From: a virus
Taxonomy: Duplodnaviria; Heunggongvirae; Uroviricota; Caudoviricetes
Virus record (IMG/VR): IMGVR_UViG_2687453300_000007
Strand: one strand, 5' to 3'
DNA length: 40,665 nt
The notes under the pieces are model-generated. The model was not told the origin of the DNA. It saw nothing but the letters and a program-made list of their open reading frames with translations, and did not search any database. The translations under genes and the position numbers were made by a program. Shown one piece after another: positions 8,983 to 16,798 of the stretch; position 1 is the stretch's first letter, and each line of letters starts with the position of its first letter.

Positions 8983-9942
8983 ATGAAAATTTGTATCGAC
9001 GACGGCTCCACCAACATCAAGCTGGCATGGACTGAGAATGGCGAACGCCGCAACGCCATCAGCCCGAACAGCTTCAAGTCGGAATGGTCTGCGCCGTTCG
9101 GTGGCATGCAGCCCGCGAACTACATGCTTGATGGCGTGCGCTATGGTTTTGATCCGGTTAGCGATCGCTTTGTCCAGACGACCGACACGCAATACCAGTA
9201 CAGCGATGTGAATGTAATCGCCATTCATCACGCGCTGGTCAAATCAGGCATCACGCCACAGGAGGTGGATGTGGTTGTCACCCTGCCACTGAGCGAGTAT
9301 TTCGACACAAACGCACAGCCGGACATGGCCAACATCAACCGCAAAAAAGCGAACGTTATGCGCCCGGTGGAATACCAGAACGGCGAAGCATTCACTATCC
9401 GTAACGTGCGGGTTATGCCTGAATCCATTCCGGCTGGCTTTAAAGCACTGGCTGACATGAGTCCGTTTGAATCCCTGCTGATTGTGGATTTAGGCGGAAC
9501 CACGCTGGATGTGGCAAAGGTTCAAGGGCAACTGGCAGGTATCAGCCAGGTGTTTTGCGATCCACACGTAGGCGTTTCCCTGATGGCCGATGCCGTACTG
9601 TCGGTGATGGCCACTAACGGTATGCGCACCAGTCACCACATCGCCAATACCATTATCGAACATCGCCATGATGAAGCCTGGCTGCGCCAGCACATCCACA
9701 ATGACGCGCATTACGCCAGCCTGATGGCGGTTATTCGTGAAAAGGAAGAAACACTGAAACAACGCGTGATCCGCGCGCTGGCGGTTTTTTCGGGTTACGG
9801 GCGGGTGATGGTTGTCGGTGGAGGGGCGGAGATTGTGGCACCCGCTATCCGCGAAGTCTGCGGAGTTAATGCGACTTTCATCGCGGACGGGGTGCCACAG
9901 TTTGCTCTGGTTAATGGGCTGTACGCAATGGACAAGGAGTAA
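8983..9942 (+). CDS. parM: ParM/StbA-like actin-type segregation ATPase
   Basis: N-terminus MKICIDDGSTNIKLAW…ISPNSFK…YSDVNVIAIHHAL closely parallels plasmid R1 ParM as I recall it (MLVFIDDGSTNIKLQW…ISPNSFK…YSDVNVVAVHHAL). Also has the DxGGxT phosphate motif (IVDLGGTTLD). Confidence 0.8.
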   Translation: MKICIDDGSTNIKLAWTENGERRNAISPNSFKSEWSAPFGGMQPANYMLDGVRYGFDPVSDRFVQTTDTQYQYSDVNVIAIHHALVKSGITPQEVDVVVTLPLSEYFDTNAQPDMANINRKKANVMRPVEYQNGEAFTIRNVRVMPESIPAGFKALADMSPFESLLIVDLGGTTLDVAKVQGQLAGISQVFCDPHVGVSLMADAVLSVMATNGMRTSHHIANTIIEHRHDEAWLRQHIHNDAHYASLMAVIREKEETLKQRVIRALAVFSGYGRVMVVGGGAEIVAPAIREVCGVNATFIADGVPQFALVNGLYAMDKE

Positions 9943-9946
9943 ACCA

Positions 9947-10261
9947 ATGACGACACCAACCAGACGGATAAGTTTCTATCTGAAGCCCGCCGCCGTCAAG
10001 AGTGAACAGGAGGCGTGCAATTACCTCGATAGCCTGCCAGCCTCCGAACGCAGCCGCGCGCAACGCGCGGCCTTTCTGGCTGGGCTAGCGCTCATAAAGC
10101 GCAACCCAGCATTTGCCTACTGGATGGCCGAATGGCCAGAGGACAACCTCCCCTTCAATACCGTTAGCATCAAGGAAACATACCAGGATAATCAGCCTAG
10201 CGGAGTTGAATGCAATTTTTATAAAATAAAAAAGAATATTCAGACCTTATTCCCAGAATAA
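9947..10261 (+). CDS. parR: ParR-like centromere-binding protein (putative)
   Basis: ATG 9947 with AAGGAG SD 7 nt upstream, 5 bp after the parM stop. Segment RRISFYLKP…YLDSLPASERSRAQRAAFLAGLAL resembles the RHH N-terminus of R1 ParR (…LDSIPQGERSRLNRAALTAGLAL…). Confidence 0.65.
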   Translation: MTTPTRRISFYLKPAAVKSEQEACNYLDSLPASERSRAQRAAFLAGLALIKRNPAFAYWMAEWPEDNLPFNTVSIKETYQDNQPSGVECNFYKIKKNIQTLFPE

Positions 10262-10344
10262 TCTGATAATTGTATGTGAACTAATAAAATACAGACCAAC
10301 ACATCATTCTGGCACCCTTGCTAACAGGGTGCCAATGTTTCAAA

Positions 10345-11187
10345 TCATGATGAAATTGCCGAAGTTTTTTTATCGTGCTGAAGTACCGCAAATGCCATTA
10401 AAACCTCAAGAGAATAGCGGCGATAATACTTAACAAAACCATAATAAAATACTCGGGATGCAGCAATACAAAACAAGAGAAGAAAACAAAAAGGTAACAG
10501 TCTGATATTTATATCTATTAAAAAGGATAGAAGGAGCAGGAACATAAGCAACCAGACTGAAGCGAGAAAAACAAATGTAATGTTTCTACAAAAACCATAC
10601 AAAGCAACATAGTTTTGCATTTTCACCTGATGATTTTTAGAATGTTCATACACATAATGATAAGCAAGGCGAAAAAGATCGCCCCTCAAGCCCTTACGTC
10701 GATATAGCGTAGATACAGAAAAAACATTTATATAACCATCTCGTATTTGCGGCCAAAAGACTTTAATAAGTATAGAATGCAGTGTGGTTTTATGATGTTC
10801 TGCTTTATCAAAAGCTGATACAGGAAATAAAAAAACTCCACGAATAAAATTAACTATACTGAACTTAGTATTATGTCGTTTTATTTTCAGGGAGCTTCTT
10901 TTAGAAAACAGATAAATTGAAGGATACCCAAGTTTACTGTTCATGTATTTTTCAATTAAACAGGATGATAGAATAGATATGAAGTGACCTGAAATATATG
11001 ATAGAACGATTAATACCACATATATAAATACACTTATTATTTCTTTATATTTCAGGATATGGTTAAGAATACCTTCTATATAAACAGGGTTAATTTCAAT
11101 AGAAAACAAAAAAAGGATAAACAGGAATAACCCACCTGGAATTAGATAGCCCAAAAAGTCATAAAATGAAAACGGATTCTGTGTCAC
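10345..11187 (-). CDS. Hypothetical polytopic membrane protein (280 aa, about 4 TM)
   Basis: GTG start at 11187 with strong SD (AGGGGGAAG). Two N-terminal and two C-terminal hydrophobic helices flank a soluble stretch of about 125 aa. AT-rich with atypical codon usage. No family recognised. Confidence 0.6.
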   Translation of the reverse strand: MTQNPFSFYDFLGYLIPGGLFLFILFLFSIEINPVYIEGILNHILKYKEIISVFIYVVLIVLSYISGHFISILSSCLIEKYMNSKLGYPSIYLFSKRSSLKIKRHNTKFSIVNFIRGVFLFPVSAFDKAEHHKTTLHSILIKVFWPQIRDGYINVFSVSTLYRRKGLRGDLFRLAYHYVYEHSKNHQVKMQNYVALYGFCRNITFVFLASVWLLMFLLLLSFLIDINIRLLPFCFLLLFCIAASRVFYYGFVKYYRRYSLEVLMAFAVLQHDKKTSAISS

Positions 11188-11226
11188 ACTTCCCCCTGTG
11201 TTACTTGTAAATTAAAGGGTAAAACA

Positions 11227-11724
11227 TTATTTGTTTTTCCGTAAAGGATTAGCTTTCCATCTTCTTACTAACCATTCGAATTCTTGATATGTAGTATCCG
11301 AATTAATGCTTTCTCTGATTGCTTTAATTAATGGCTCGGCAATATCATATGTCTCTACAACTGTTGTGTAAGATGTTCTTTTTATCATTTTTTCATCATA
11401 AATACCTTCACGAATACTTACAGCAACTCGCTCGTAAAAATTTAAAATATATTGAAATTTTCGACGCTCGGCCATTTCTTCATCTGTTATTATGCAACCA
11501 TCACAAGGAAAAACATAAGAACGAAATGATTTGCCTGAACGATGCACTTGTTTCAGGGTATGCAATGACTCTATATATTGCATATCTTGCCGACTCTCAA
11601 AAAGAAAGTTGGCCGTTTGAGTTTTTTTTGCGGTACGCACATTGTAGATAATGGTTCCAATGGCAACCAAAACGCCAAGCAGAACAATAGCATTGCTGAT
11701 GATTTGTAGTGTTATTGGGTTCAT
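11227..11724 (-). CDS. Hypothetical single-pass membrane protein (165 aa)
   Basis: N-terminal TM helix (ITLQIISNAIVLLGVLVAIGTIIY) followed by a soluble domain of about 135 aa. Lies 39 bp upstream of the 280-aa gene on the same strand. AT-rich. Confidence 0.6.
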   Translation of the reverse strand: MNPITLQIISNAIVLLGVLVAIGTIIYNVRTAKKTQTANFLFESRQDMQYIESLHTLKQVHRSGKSFRSYVFPCDGCIITDEEMAERRKFQYILNFYERVAVSIREGIYDEKMIKRTSYTTVVETYDIAEPLIKAIRESINSDTTYQEFEWLVRRWKANPLRKNK

Positions 11725-11738
11725 CCTATTTCATCCAT

Positions 11739-11765
11739 AAAAAAGGCGGGGAGCAAATCCCCGCC
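11739..11765 (-). terminator. Intrinsic terminator/attenuator immediately upstream of the 165-aa gene
   Basis: On the minus strand: 8-bp GC stem GGCGGGGA / TCCCCGCC with a 5-nt loop, followed by TTTTTTAT. It ends 14 nt before the ATG at 11724. Confidence 0.6.
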
Positions 11766-11785
11766 TCATTAGAGGTCAACGTAGC

Positions 11786-11821
11786 TTAGAAACCATCAAA
11801 TTCATCATACATTTTTTTCAT
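11786..11821 (-). CDS. Putative 11-codon leader peptide (MKKMYDEFDGF)
   Basis: Minus-strand ATG 11821 preceded by GAGGGGG SD at 5-nt spacing. Stop at 11786..11788, about 20 nt upstream of the terminator stem. Confidence 0.3.
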   Translation of the reverse strand: MKKMYDEFDGF

Positions 11822-11921
11822 ATCAACCCCCTCATAGAAATCATAACCACGTTTTGTGGTTTTTGTGACGTATAAACTACATCAAAGGCAAGCCACGGTC
11901 AAATATATAGGCATGCTTACC

Positions 11922-12020
11922 TGCACAAAAGTGCACAAATTTGCACAATTTTTTTGAACGACTTTTTACCCTTCCGGCCCGCATGGCGGCTGGATCCGTC
12001 AAGGATCCGTGCGTGCACAA
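11922..12020. repeat. Iterated TGCACAA heptamers at 10-bp phasing, plus GGATCCGT direct repeat
   Basis: TGCACAA at 11922, 11932 and 11942 (exact 10-bp period) and again at 12014. GGATCCGT at 11992 and 12003. Located in non-coding DNA between the cargo operon and the orphan gene. Confidence 0.55.
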
Positions 12021-12320
12021 AAAAACGCGCTTTTTCTGCGCGCAGGTGACGGGGGAACAGCCCGCGTTTCAGGGGGTAAATAGCATTCCCTGAACGATGT
12101 CGCAGAGACACAACAGAATGGCCATATTTCTCACGCTGAGCATGAAAAAGGCGTGAGGGCTTTTGATTTGATGGGGTGAAAGGTAAGGCCGTCAAAATCG
12201 CACTGAGGCAGCGAGAACATGCAGTCAACGCGGTGGAATTGCGTAAGAGTCTGACCGTCGATGGTGGCGATAAACTGGAAGGCGTCGTGAAATTATCTGA
12301 TTGATACAGGAGCTGGAGAG

Positions 12321-12347
12321 CCGGGGCATAAATTTTTTATGCCCCGG
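12321..12347. repeat. Near-perfect 27-bp palindrome
   Basis: CCGGGGCATAAATTTTTTATGCCCCGG, with no flanking U-tract on either strand. About 100 bp upstream of the 174-aa gene. Confidence 0.5.
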
Positions 12348-12447
12348 CGAAGCAGCAGACAAGCGAAGCGCGTCAGCGATACGGCACCTTGCCGACCATA
12401 CTTCATAAGTGCAAAATACGAGCAAAGAAATCAATGGAGGCTGTCTT

Positions 12448-12972
12448 ATGGTCATTAATTACAAGCAGTTAAGAGAAAAACGGGAGCAGGTAAAGGAGAG
12501 CTTTCGCCGCAATGAAGATCTGACCCCGCTTGTACGCCTTGCCCAGGGCATTGTTGATGCTTATGAAATCTCGCTGGAGCTGCCATCACAGACCTGGACA
12601 GATAGCGACGGTAATCGCCAGCATTACGTTTCATGCGGACTGGAAGCAGCCGAAGGATTTCGCAGAATGCCTTTATCCCAGATCCCTGCCGCTACCCCCA
12701 AAGCACGGGGCAGCAATGATGAGCGAAAACTGACTTTTAGTATTGAAACGGTGGTTGACGACACACCTGGCGAAGTCGCGTTCGTGCACACTCCTGTTTC
12801 GATCGCAATGTATAACGATGAAATACAGGTTCGCGTTAATAATAATATCGTGCCACTTAAAGAAGGTAATTCACCCTACACCACCGTTTGTGAAGCCATT
12901 CAATATTACGTTCTCTCTGAAATTGATAATCTCAAGCCTGACGGCACCCAGAAAATGGTTCAACTCTGGTAA
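12448..12972 (+). CDS. Hypothetical protein (174 aa) between the cos region and portal gene
   Basis: ATG 12448 with GGAGG SD 7 nt upstream (the track ORF starts at an upstream GTG). Convergent with Q. No family recognised. Confidence 0.5.
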   Translation: MVINYKQLREKREQVKESFRRNEDLTPLVRLAQGIVDAYEISLELPSQTWTDSDGNRQHYVSCGLEAAEGFRRMPLSQIPAATPKARGSNDERKLTFSIETVVDDTPGEVAFVHTPVSIAMYNDEIQVRVNNNIVPLKEGNSPYTTVCEAIQYYVLSEIDNLKPDGTQKMVQLW

Positions 12973-12977
12973 AAAGG

Positions 12978-13004
12978 ACAGCCCCATCACGGGGCTGTTT
13001 TTTC
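12978..13004. terminator. Bidirectional intrinsic terminator between the 174-aa gene and Q
   Basis: Stem ACAGCCCCATCACGGGGCTGT with TTTTTT on the plus strand and a T-rich run on the minus strand. Confidence 0.6.
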
Positions 13005-14033
13005 ATCAAGAAGAGCATAAGAGTTAAAACGGATCACCTCTTCGCCAAGCCAGTCATTGATGTGCTTCATAGCCTCCATAACGGGCATCAGCTCGTTAAT
13101 TGCGTAAACCCGCGCTGCCTTCTCCACATCGCCAAACGCACTTTTTTCGCCCGGCATCGCCCCCATCAGTTGCGGCGGAACGCGGTGCGCAGCCAGCACA
13201 TCATCACGGGATGCCGCCTTAACATTCATGAATTCATCTTTTGCGGTGATCTGCTGGAACGGCAAAATTTGCACCCCCTCTTTGCCCCCGTTGGGCGCAT
13301 GAATGAGCACGTTTTTAAACGCACCACCACCACGTGCCCCCTGTAGCGTTTCTTTCAGGGAGTCCATGCTTTCGCGGTTTACCTGCGCTGCACCGATGTA
13401 GATGATGCACCCGGCGTGGGATCCGTTGTCGTAGTACAGTTTTCTGAACATGTCCGCCGAATGAGAAAGGCTGGCCGAGAGTAATGCGCCAAGATATTCC
13501 GGCATGCCGTAGATTTCCTGGTTAATATCCGGATTCATCAGGTGGCACACTTTGCCAGGACGAAACTGAAACGCGTCCTTGCCATCCTGCACATACCACC
13601 ATGATTCAAGATCGCTTCCGCGTCGCATGTATTTCGCCAGGGCGTGCCGTAATTTAAGCGGTTCGCCGAGCATATTGCTTCGAAGCTCAAGGAATGCGTT
13701 ACCGAACACAAACCAGTCCAGCGCCAGCGCCGAGAAATCCTGCCGGGAAAGCAGCGGGTGCGGGATGTAGCAACCGAGTAATACATTGCGCTTAAAGTAA
13801 AGCGCAGACTGATGCCAGGACGTTTGCCGGGCTGCTCTTGCCAGACCGTACCAGTCCACCGGGGTTTCATACCACCGCCCGTTATCAGCACAGTACATAT
13901 TGTCCAGCAGGTCATGCCCGGTCAGGCGATAAGGACCATCAAATGTGAATGCACTGAGCGATGATTCTTTCCTGAGCGCATCAGCGAGATCAATGCGTGA
14001 ACTCATGCGCACTTTTTTATTTTTTCTGCTCAT
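12987..14033 (-). CDS. Q: Portal protein (P2 gpQ-like)
   Basis: 348-aa ORF, P2 Q-like in size and position (leftward, adjacent to P, near the cos side). Confidence 0.85.
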   Translation of the reverse strand: MSRKNKKVRMSSRIDLADALRKESSLSAFTFDGPYRLTGHDLLDNMYCADNGRWYETPVDWYGLARAARQTSWHQSALYFKRNVLLGCYIPHPLLSRQDFSALALDWFVFGNAFLELRSNMLGEPLKLRHALAKYMRRGSDLESWWYVQDGKDAFQFRPGKVCHLMNPDINQEIYGMPEYLGALLSASLSHSADMFRKLYYDNGSHAGCIIYIGAAQVNRESMDSLKETLQGARGGGAFKNVLIHAPNGGKEGVQILPFQQITAKDEFMNVKAASRDDVLAAHRVPPQLMGAMPGEKSAFGDVEKAARVYAINELMPVMEAMKHINDWLGEEVIRFNSYALLDEKTAP

Positions 14034-15784
14034 CAGAACTCCATAACCATGAAACGCTCGTTTTCTCCTTCGCCGCCAATTGGTTCGTTAATGACAGCAA
14101 GCATGGTTGCCCACGCAAGGTCGCCGTGGCTGATCCCCCTCGCGCGGTCCGTTTCGTAAGTGATAAAGCCGCCCGGTGTTTTCACCTTACGCACGGCGTT
14201 AAAGGCCGCGACCAGCTCGCGTTCGGCGCGATCGTATTCCCACCGCCCGGCACGCATTATTTGCAGCATTTTCAGTACCAGCGACCGTTTTGATGACAGC
14301 GTGAAGGTGTACGGAATAGCAGCAGGGAAAAACCGCTTCACTATCTGATAAACAGCCTCCCCGTTCCCGCCCGTCACATCAATGCCGATGTGTTCCACGT
14401 TGTAGCGACACGTGAACTCTTCAATGACTCTGGCCTGTTCTTCAAACTCCAGCCCCTGAACGCGTCGCGTCTCCACCGTTCGAAAACGGCCGCCAGGAAC
14501 AGCCGGAGGAACCACCACGGACACAGCGCCGCTGTCGCCGTTGCCACTACTGCCGTTTGCGTCATACCCAATCCATACCGGACGATTCCCCATCGGGCGG
14601 GGAGCAAAAGGTTTCCAGTCTTTCCAGTCGTCGTATCCGTCAACACCGCAGCCAATCAGGATATTCAGGTTAAATGCCGATTCCCCTTCGCGGACAAACT
14701 CACACATATAGAGATTGAGGAACTCGTCTTCGGTGTTTTCATCACGAATTTCGTCGATATCGGTGTGTTTCCAGCCGTGATTAACCACATCTTCCAGCGT
14801 GACAATTTGCCGCCACGTCCGGTCAGGGCAGATAAGCCCATTATGCAGCGTTTTCCAGTCCACAGAAAAACGCTGGCGTTTATGCGAGGCCTTTTTCTCG
14901 TTCCAGCGGTCGCCGTTCCAGTAGGCGTATGCCTCGTGCGTTTCGGTGGATGGCGTGGAGAAGTAGGTGCGCCGCAGTCCGCTGAGGGTTGCCATAGCGC
15001 CAGCCACCTTGCGCAGTTCAGCAAAGCGACTGACCCAGAAAAATTCATCAAAATAAAAATTGCCCGTATAGGACTGTGCCGACGCAGCAGAAGTGCCGAG
15101 AAAATGCAGCTCTGCGCCGTTGGAGAGGATGATTTTATCGCCCCCTTTCAGCTCCACATCAACTTCAGCCGCGGCCTTCTGAATAATGCTTTTAAACTGG
15201 AACGCCTGACGACGCGACGCAGACAAAAAAATCTGGTTACGCTGGTAAGGTTGCGCCACATCGTCACGCAGCGCCATCAGCAGTGCTTCCTGTGCAAAAT
15301 ACCAGGTCGCCCCAATCTGTCGGGATTTCAGGATCATCCTGTTACGTATCCCGGCTTCCCTGCAAAGGGTCAGGGAGTCAAACCAGCCCCGCTGATGCCA
15401 CTCCAGCCTGCTGATGATTTTTTCCCGCAGTGCGGCAATCTGTTCCGGCGTGAAATGATTTTTGAGTTTTTTCGCCCGGCCTTTCTTTCCTGCGGCCATC
15501 ACATCCGGCTGGCCATCATGCAGCTTTTTAAGCTGCCGGGTCAGCAGGTCTATTTCCTTAAAGTCACCGCCTGTTTTATTCTGTTTTTCAGTAAGCTGGA
15601 TGAGGCGCGCATCGATGGACTGCGTGACACGCTGCACGGGTGGCGTTTCATCCCACTGGTCACGTTTTTTCCACGCATAAATCGTGTTCGGGTTTATTCC
15701 CATCAGACGTGATATTTCTGCGGGCGGATAACCCTGCCAGTAAAGTTGCCGCGCACGCTGGCGCACAAAAGCGTCCTGAATCAT
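14033..15784 (-). CDS. P: Terminase large subunit, ATPase (P2 gpP-like)
   Basis: 583-aa ORF divergent from the O-N-M-L operon; size and position match P2 P. Confidence 0.85.
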   Translation of the reverse strand: MIQDAFVRQRARQLYWQGYPPAEISRLMGINPNTIYAWKKRDQWDETPPVQRVTQSIDARLIQLTEKQNKTGGDFKEIDLLTRQLKKLHDGQPDVMAAGKKGRAKKLKNHFTPEQIAALREKIISRLEWHQRGWFDSLTLCREAGIRNRMILKSRQIGATWYFAQEALLMALRDDVAQPYQRNQIFLSASRRQAFQFKSIIQKAAAEVDVELKGGDKIILSNGAELHFLGTSAASAQSYTGNFYFDEFFWVSRFAELRKVAGAMATLSGLRRTYFSTPSTETHEAYAYWNGDRWNEKKASHKRQRFSVDWKTLHNGLICPDRTWRQIVTLEDVVNHGWKHTDIDEIRDENTEDEFLNLYMCEFVREGESAFNLNILIGCGVDGYDDWKDWKPFAPRPMGNRPVWIGYDANGSSGNGDSGAVSVVVPPAVPGGRFRTVETRRVQGLEFEEQARVIEEFTCRYNVEHIGIDVTGGNGEAVYQIVKRFFPAAIPYTFTLSSKRSLVLKMLQIMRAGRWEYDRAERELVAAFNAVRKVKTPGGFITYETDRARGISHGDLAWATMLAVINEPIGGEGENERFMVMEF

Positions 15785-15938
15785 TGCTCCCCCTGAGTAA
15801 TTACAGGAAGATTACCCGCGCGCGAAACTGTTCTCCTTAACCCTCTGTTCTGACTGTTTTCTTACAACAAAAGCCCTTTGTATCAGCCTGTTACGCTTTG
15901 CCATCATGACTGAAGAACCAGTCAGAGGGGCAAAAACT

Positions 15939-16775
15939 ATGGCTAATGAAAAAAAGACATCCCGCAAAAAGTTTCGCGTGGCTGTCTCCGGATCAACTGT
16001 TGATGGCCGTGAAATCAGTCCGGTGCATCTGCGTGAAGCCGCCGAGAACTTCAACCCGGATGTTTACGCTGCCCGCGTGAACGTTGAGCACTATCTCTCG
16101 CCATGTCCGTCAAGCGAATTTTCCGCAATGGGCGATGTCACCGCACTGAGTACGGAAGACATTACGGAAGGTCCGCTGGCCGGACGTACTGCGCTGTATG
16201 CAGAAATCGAACCGACCGAGCGCATGAAGCAGCTTGTCGCTGACGGCAAGAAAATCTATTCCAGTATCGAACTGCACCCGCAGTTCTCCGTTAACGGGCG
16301 CGCCTATCTGGTCGGGCTGGCGATGACCGACACCCCGGCAAGCCTGGGCACTGAGCGCCTGAAATTCACGGCACAGCAACGTCAGGCGGTGATGACGTTC
16401 AACAGTATCCAGGGTGAAGCACCGCTTATCTCCGAAGCCATCGAGTCTGAAATCATCGAAATGGCAGAACAACGCCAGGAAGAAGGCACCCAGTGGTTTA
16501 ACCGCGTAATGGGGATTATTGGTCGTGGCCGCAAAGCGGATGACGCCAGTTTCTCCCGAATTCAGGAAGCGGTGGAAGGCGTTGCAACGTCACAGGCCGA
16601 CATTATCGACCGTTTTAATGTGCTGGAAACCCGCCATCAGCAGGACCGCCAGAAAATCACGTCACTGACCACAGAGCTGACAGCATTGAAGGAAAAACTG
16701 CGCACGCAGGACGGCGATCCGCAGAACCGCTTCACCGCAACGGGCGCAGCCTCCGACCAGCTGGCTGACTTCTGA
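15939..16775 (+). CDS. O: Capsid scaffolding protein (P2 gpO-like)
   Basis: Start set at ATG 15939 (MANEKKTSRKKFRVAVSGSTVDGREIS…). Resembles the P2 O N-terminus and the …YLVGLAMTDTPASLGTE… region. Confidence 0.85.
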   Translation: MANEKKTSRKKFRVAVSGSTVDGREISPVHLREAAENFNPDVYAARVNVEHYLSPCPSSEFSAMGDVTALSTEDITEGPLAGRTALYAEIEPTERMKQLVADGKKIYSSIELHPQFSVNGRAYLVGLAMTDTPASLGTERLKFTAQQRQAVMTFNSIQGEAPLISEAIESEIIEMAEQRQEEGTQWFNRVMGIIGRGRKADDASFSRIQEAVEGVATSQADIIDRFNVLETRHQQDRQKITSLTTELTALKEKLRTQDGDPQNRFTATGAASDQLADF

Positions 16776-16798
16776 TAAGACAAAGGAGCAAATTTTTT

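Noticed and set aside
10303-10325. Hairpin GGCACCC-TTGCTAACA-GGGTGCC between the convergent parR-like and membrane-protein genes as a terminator
   Set aside because: 7-bp stem but no U-tract on either strand; too weak to call an intrinsic terminator.
11745-11765. GGCGGGGA… segment as the P2-type cos cohesive end
   Set aside because: It shares only an 8-mer with the P2 cos sequence as I recall it, and forms a perfect hairpin followed by a U-tract, which is better explained as an intrinsic terminator. The cos location is left undetermined.
14390-15712. 440-aa plus-strand ORF, plus others antisense to the terminase and portal genes
   Set aside because: Shadow ORFs on the opposite strand of well-supported late genes; the translations are compositionally unlike proteins (R/P/A-rich).
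15785-15938. Ogr-dependent late promoter (TGT-N12-ACA dyad) in the divergent P/O intergenic region
   Set aside because: A late promoter is expected here by synteny, but I could not find a dyad with correct spacing by eye, so no coordinates are asserted.
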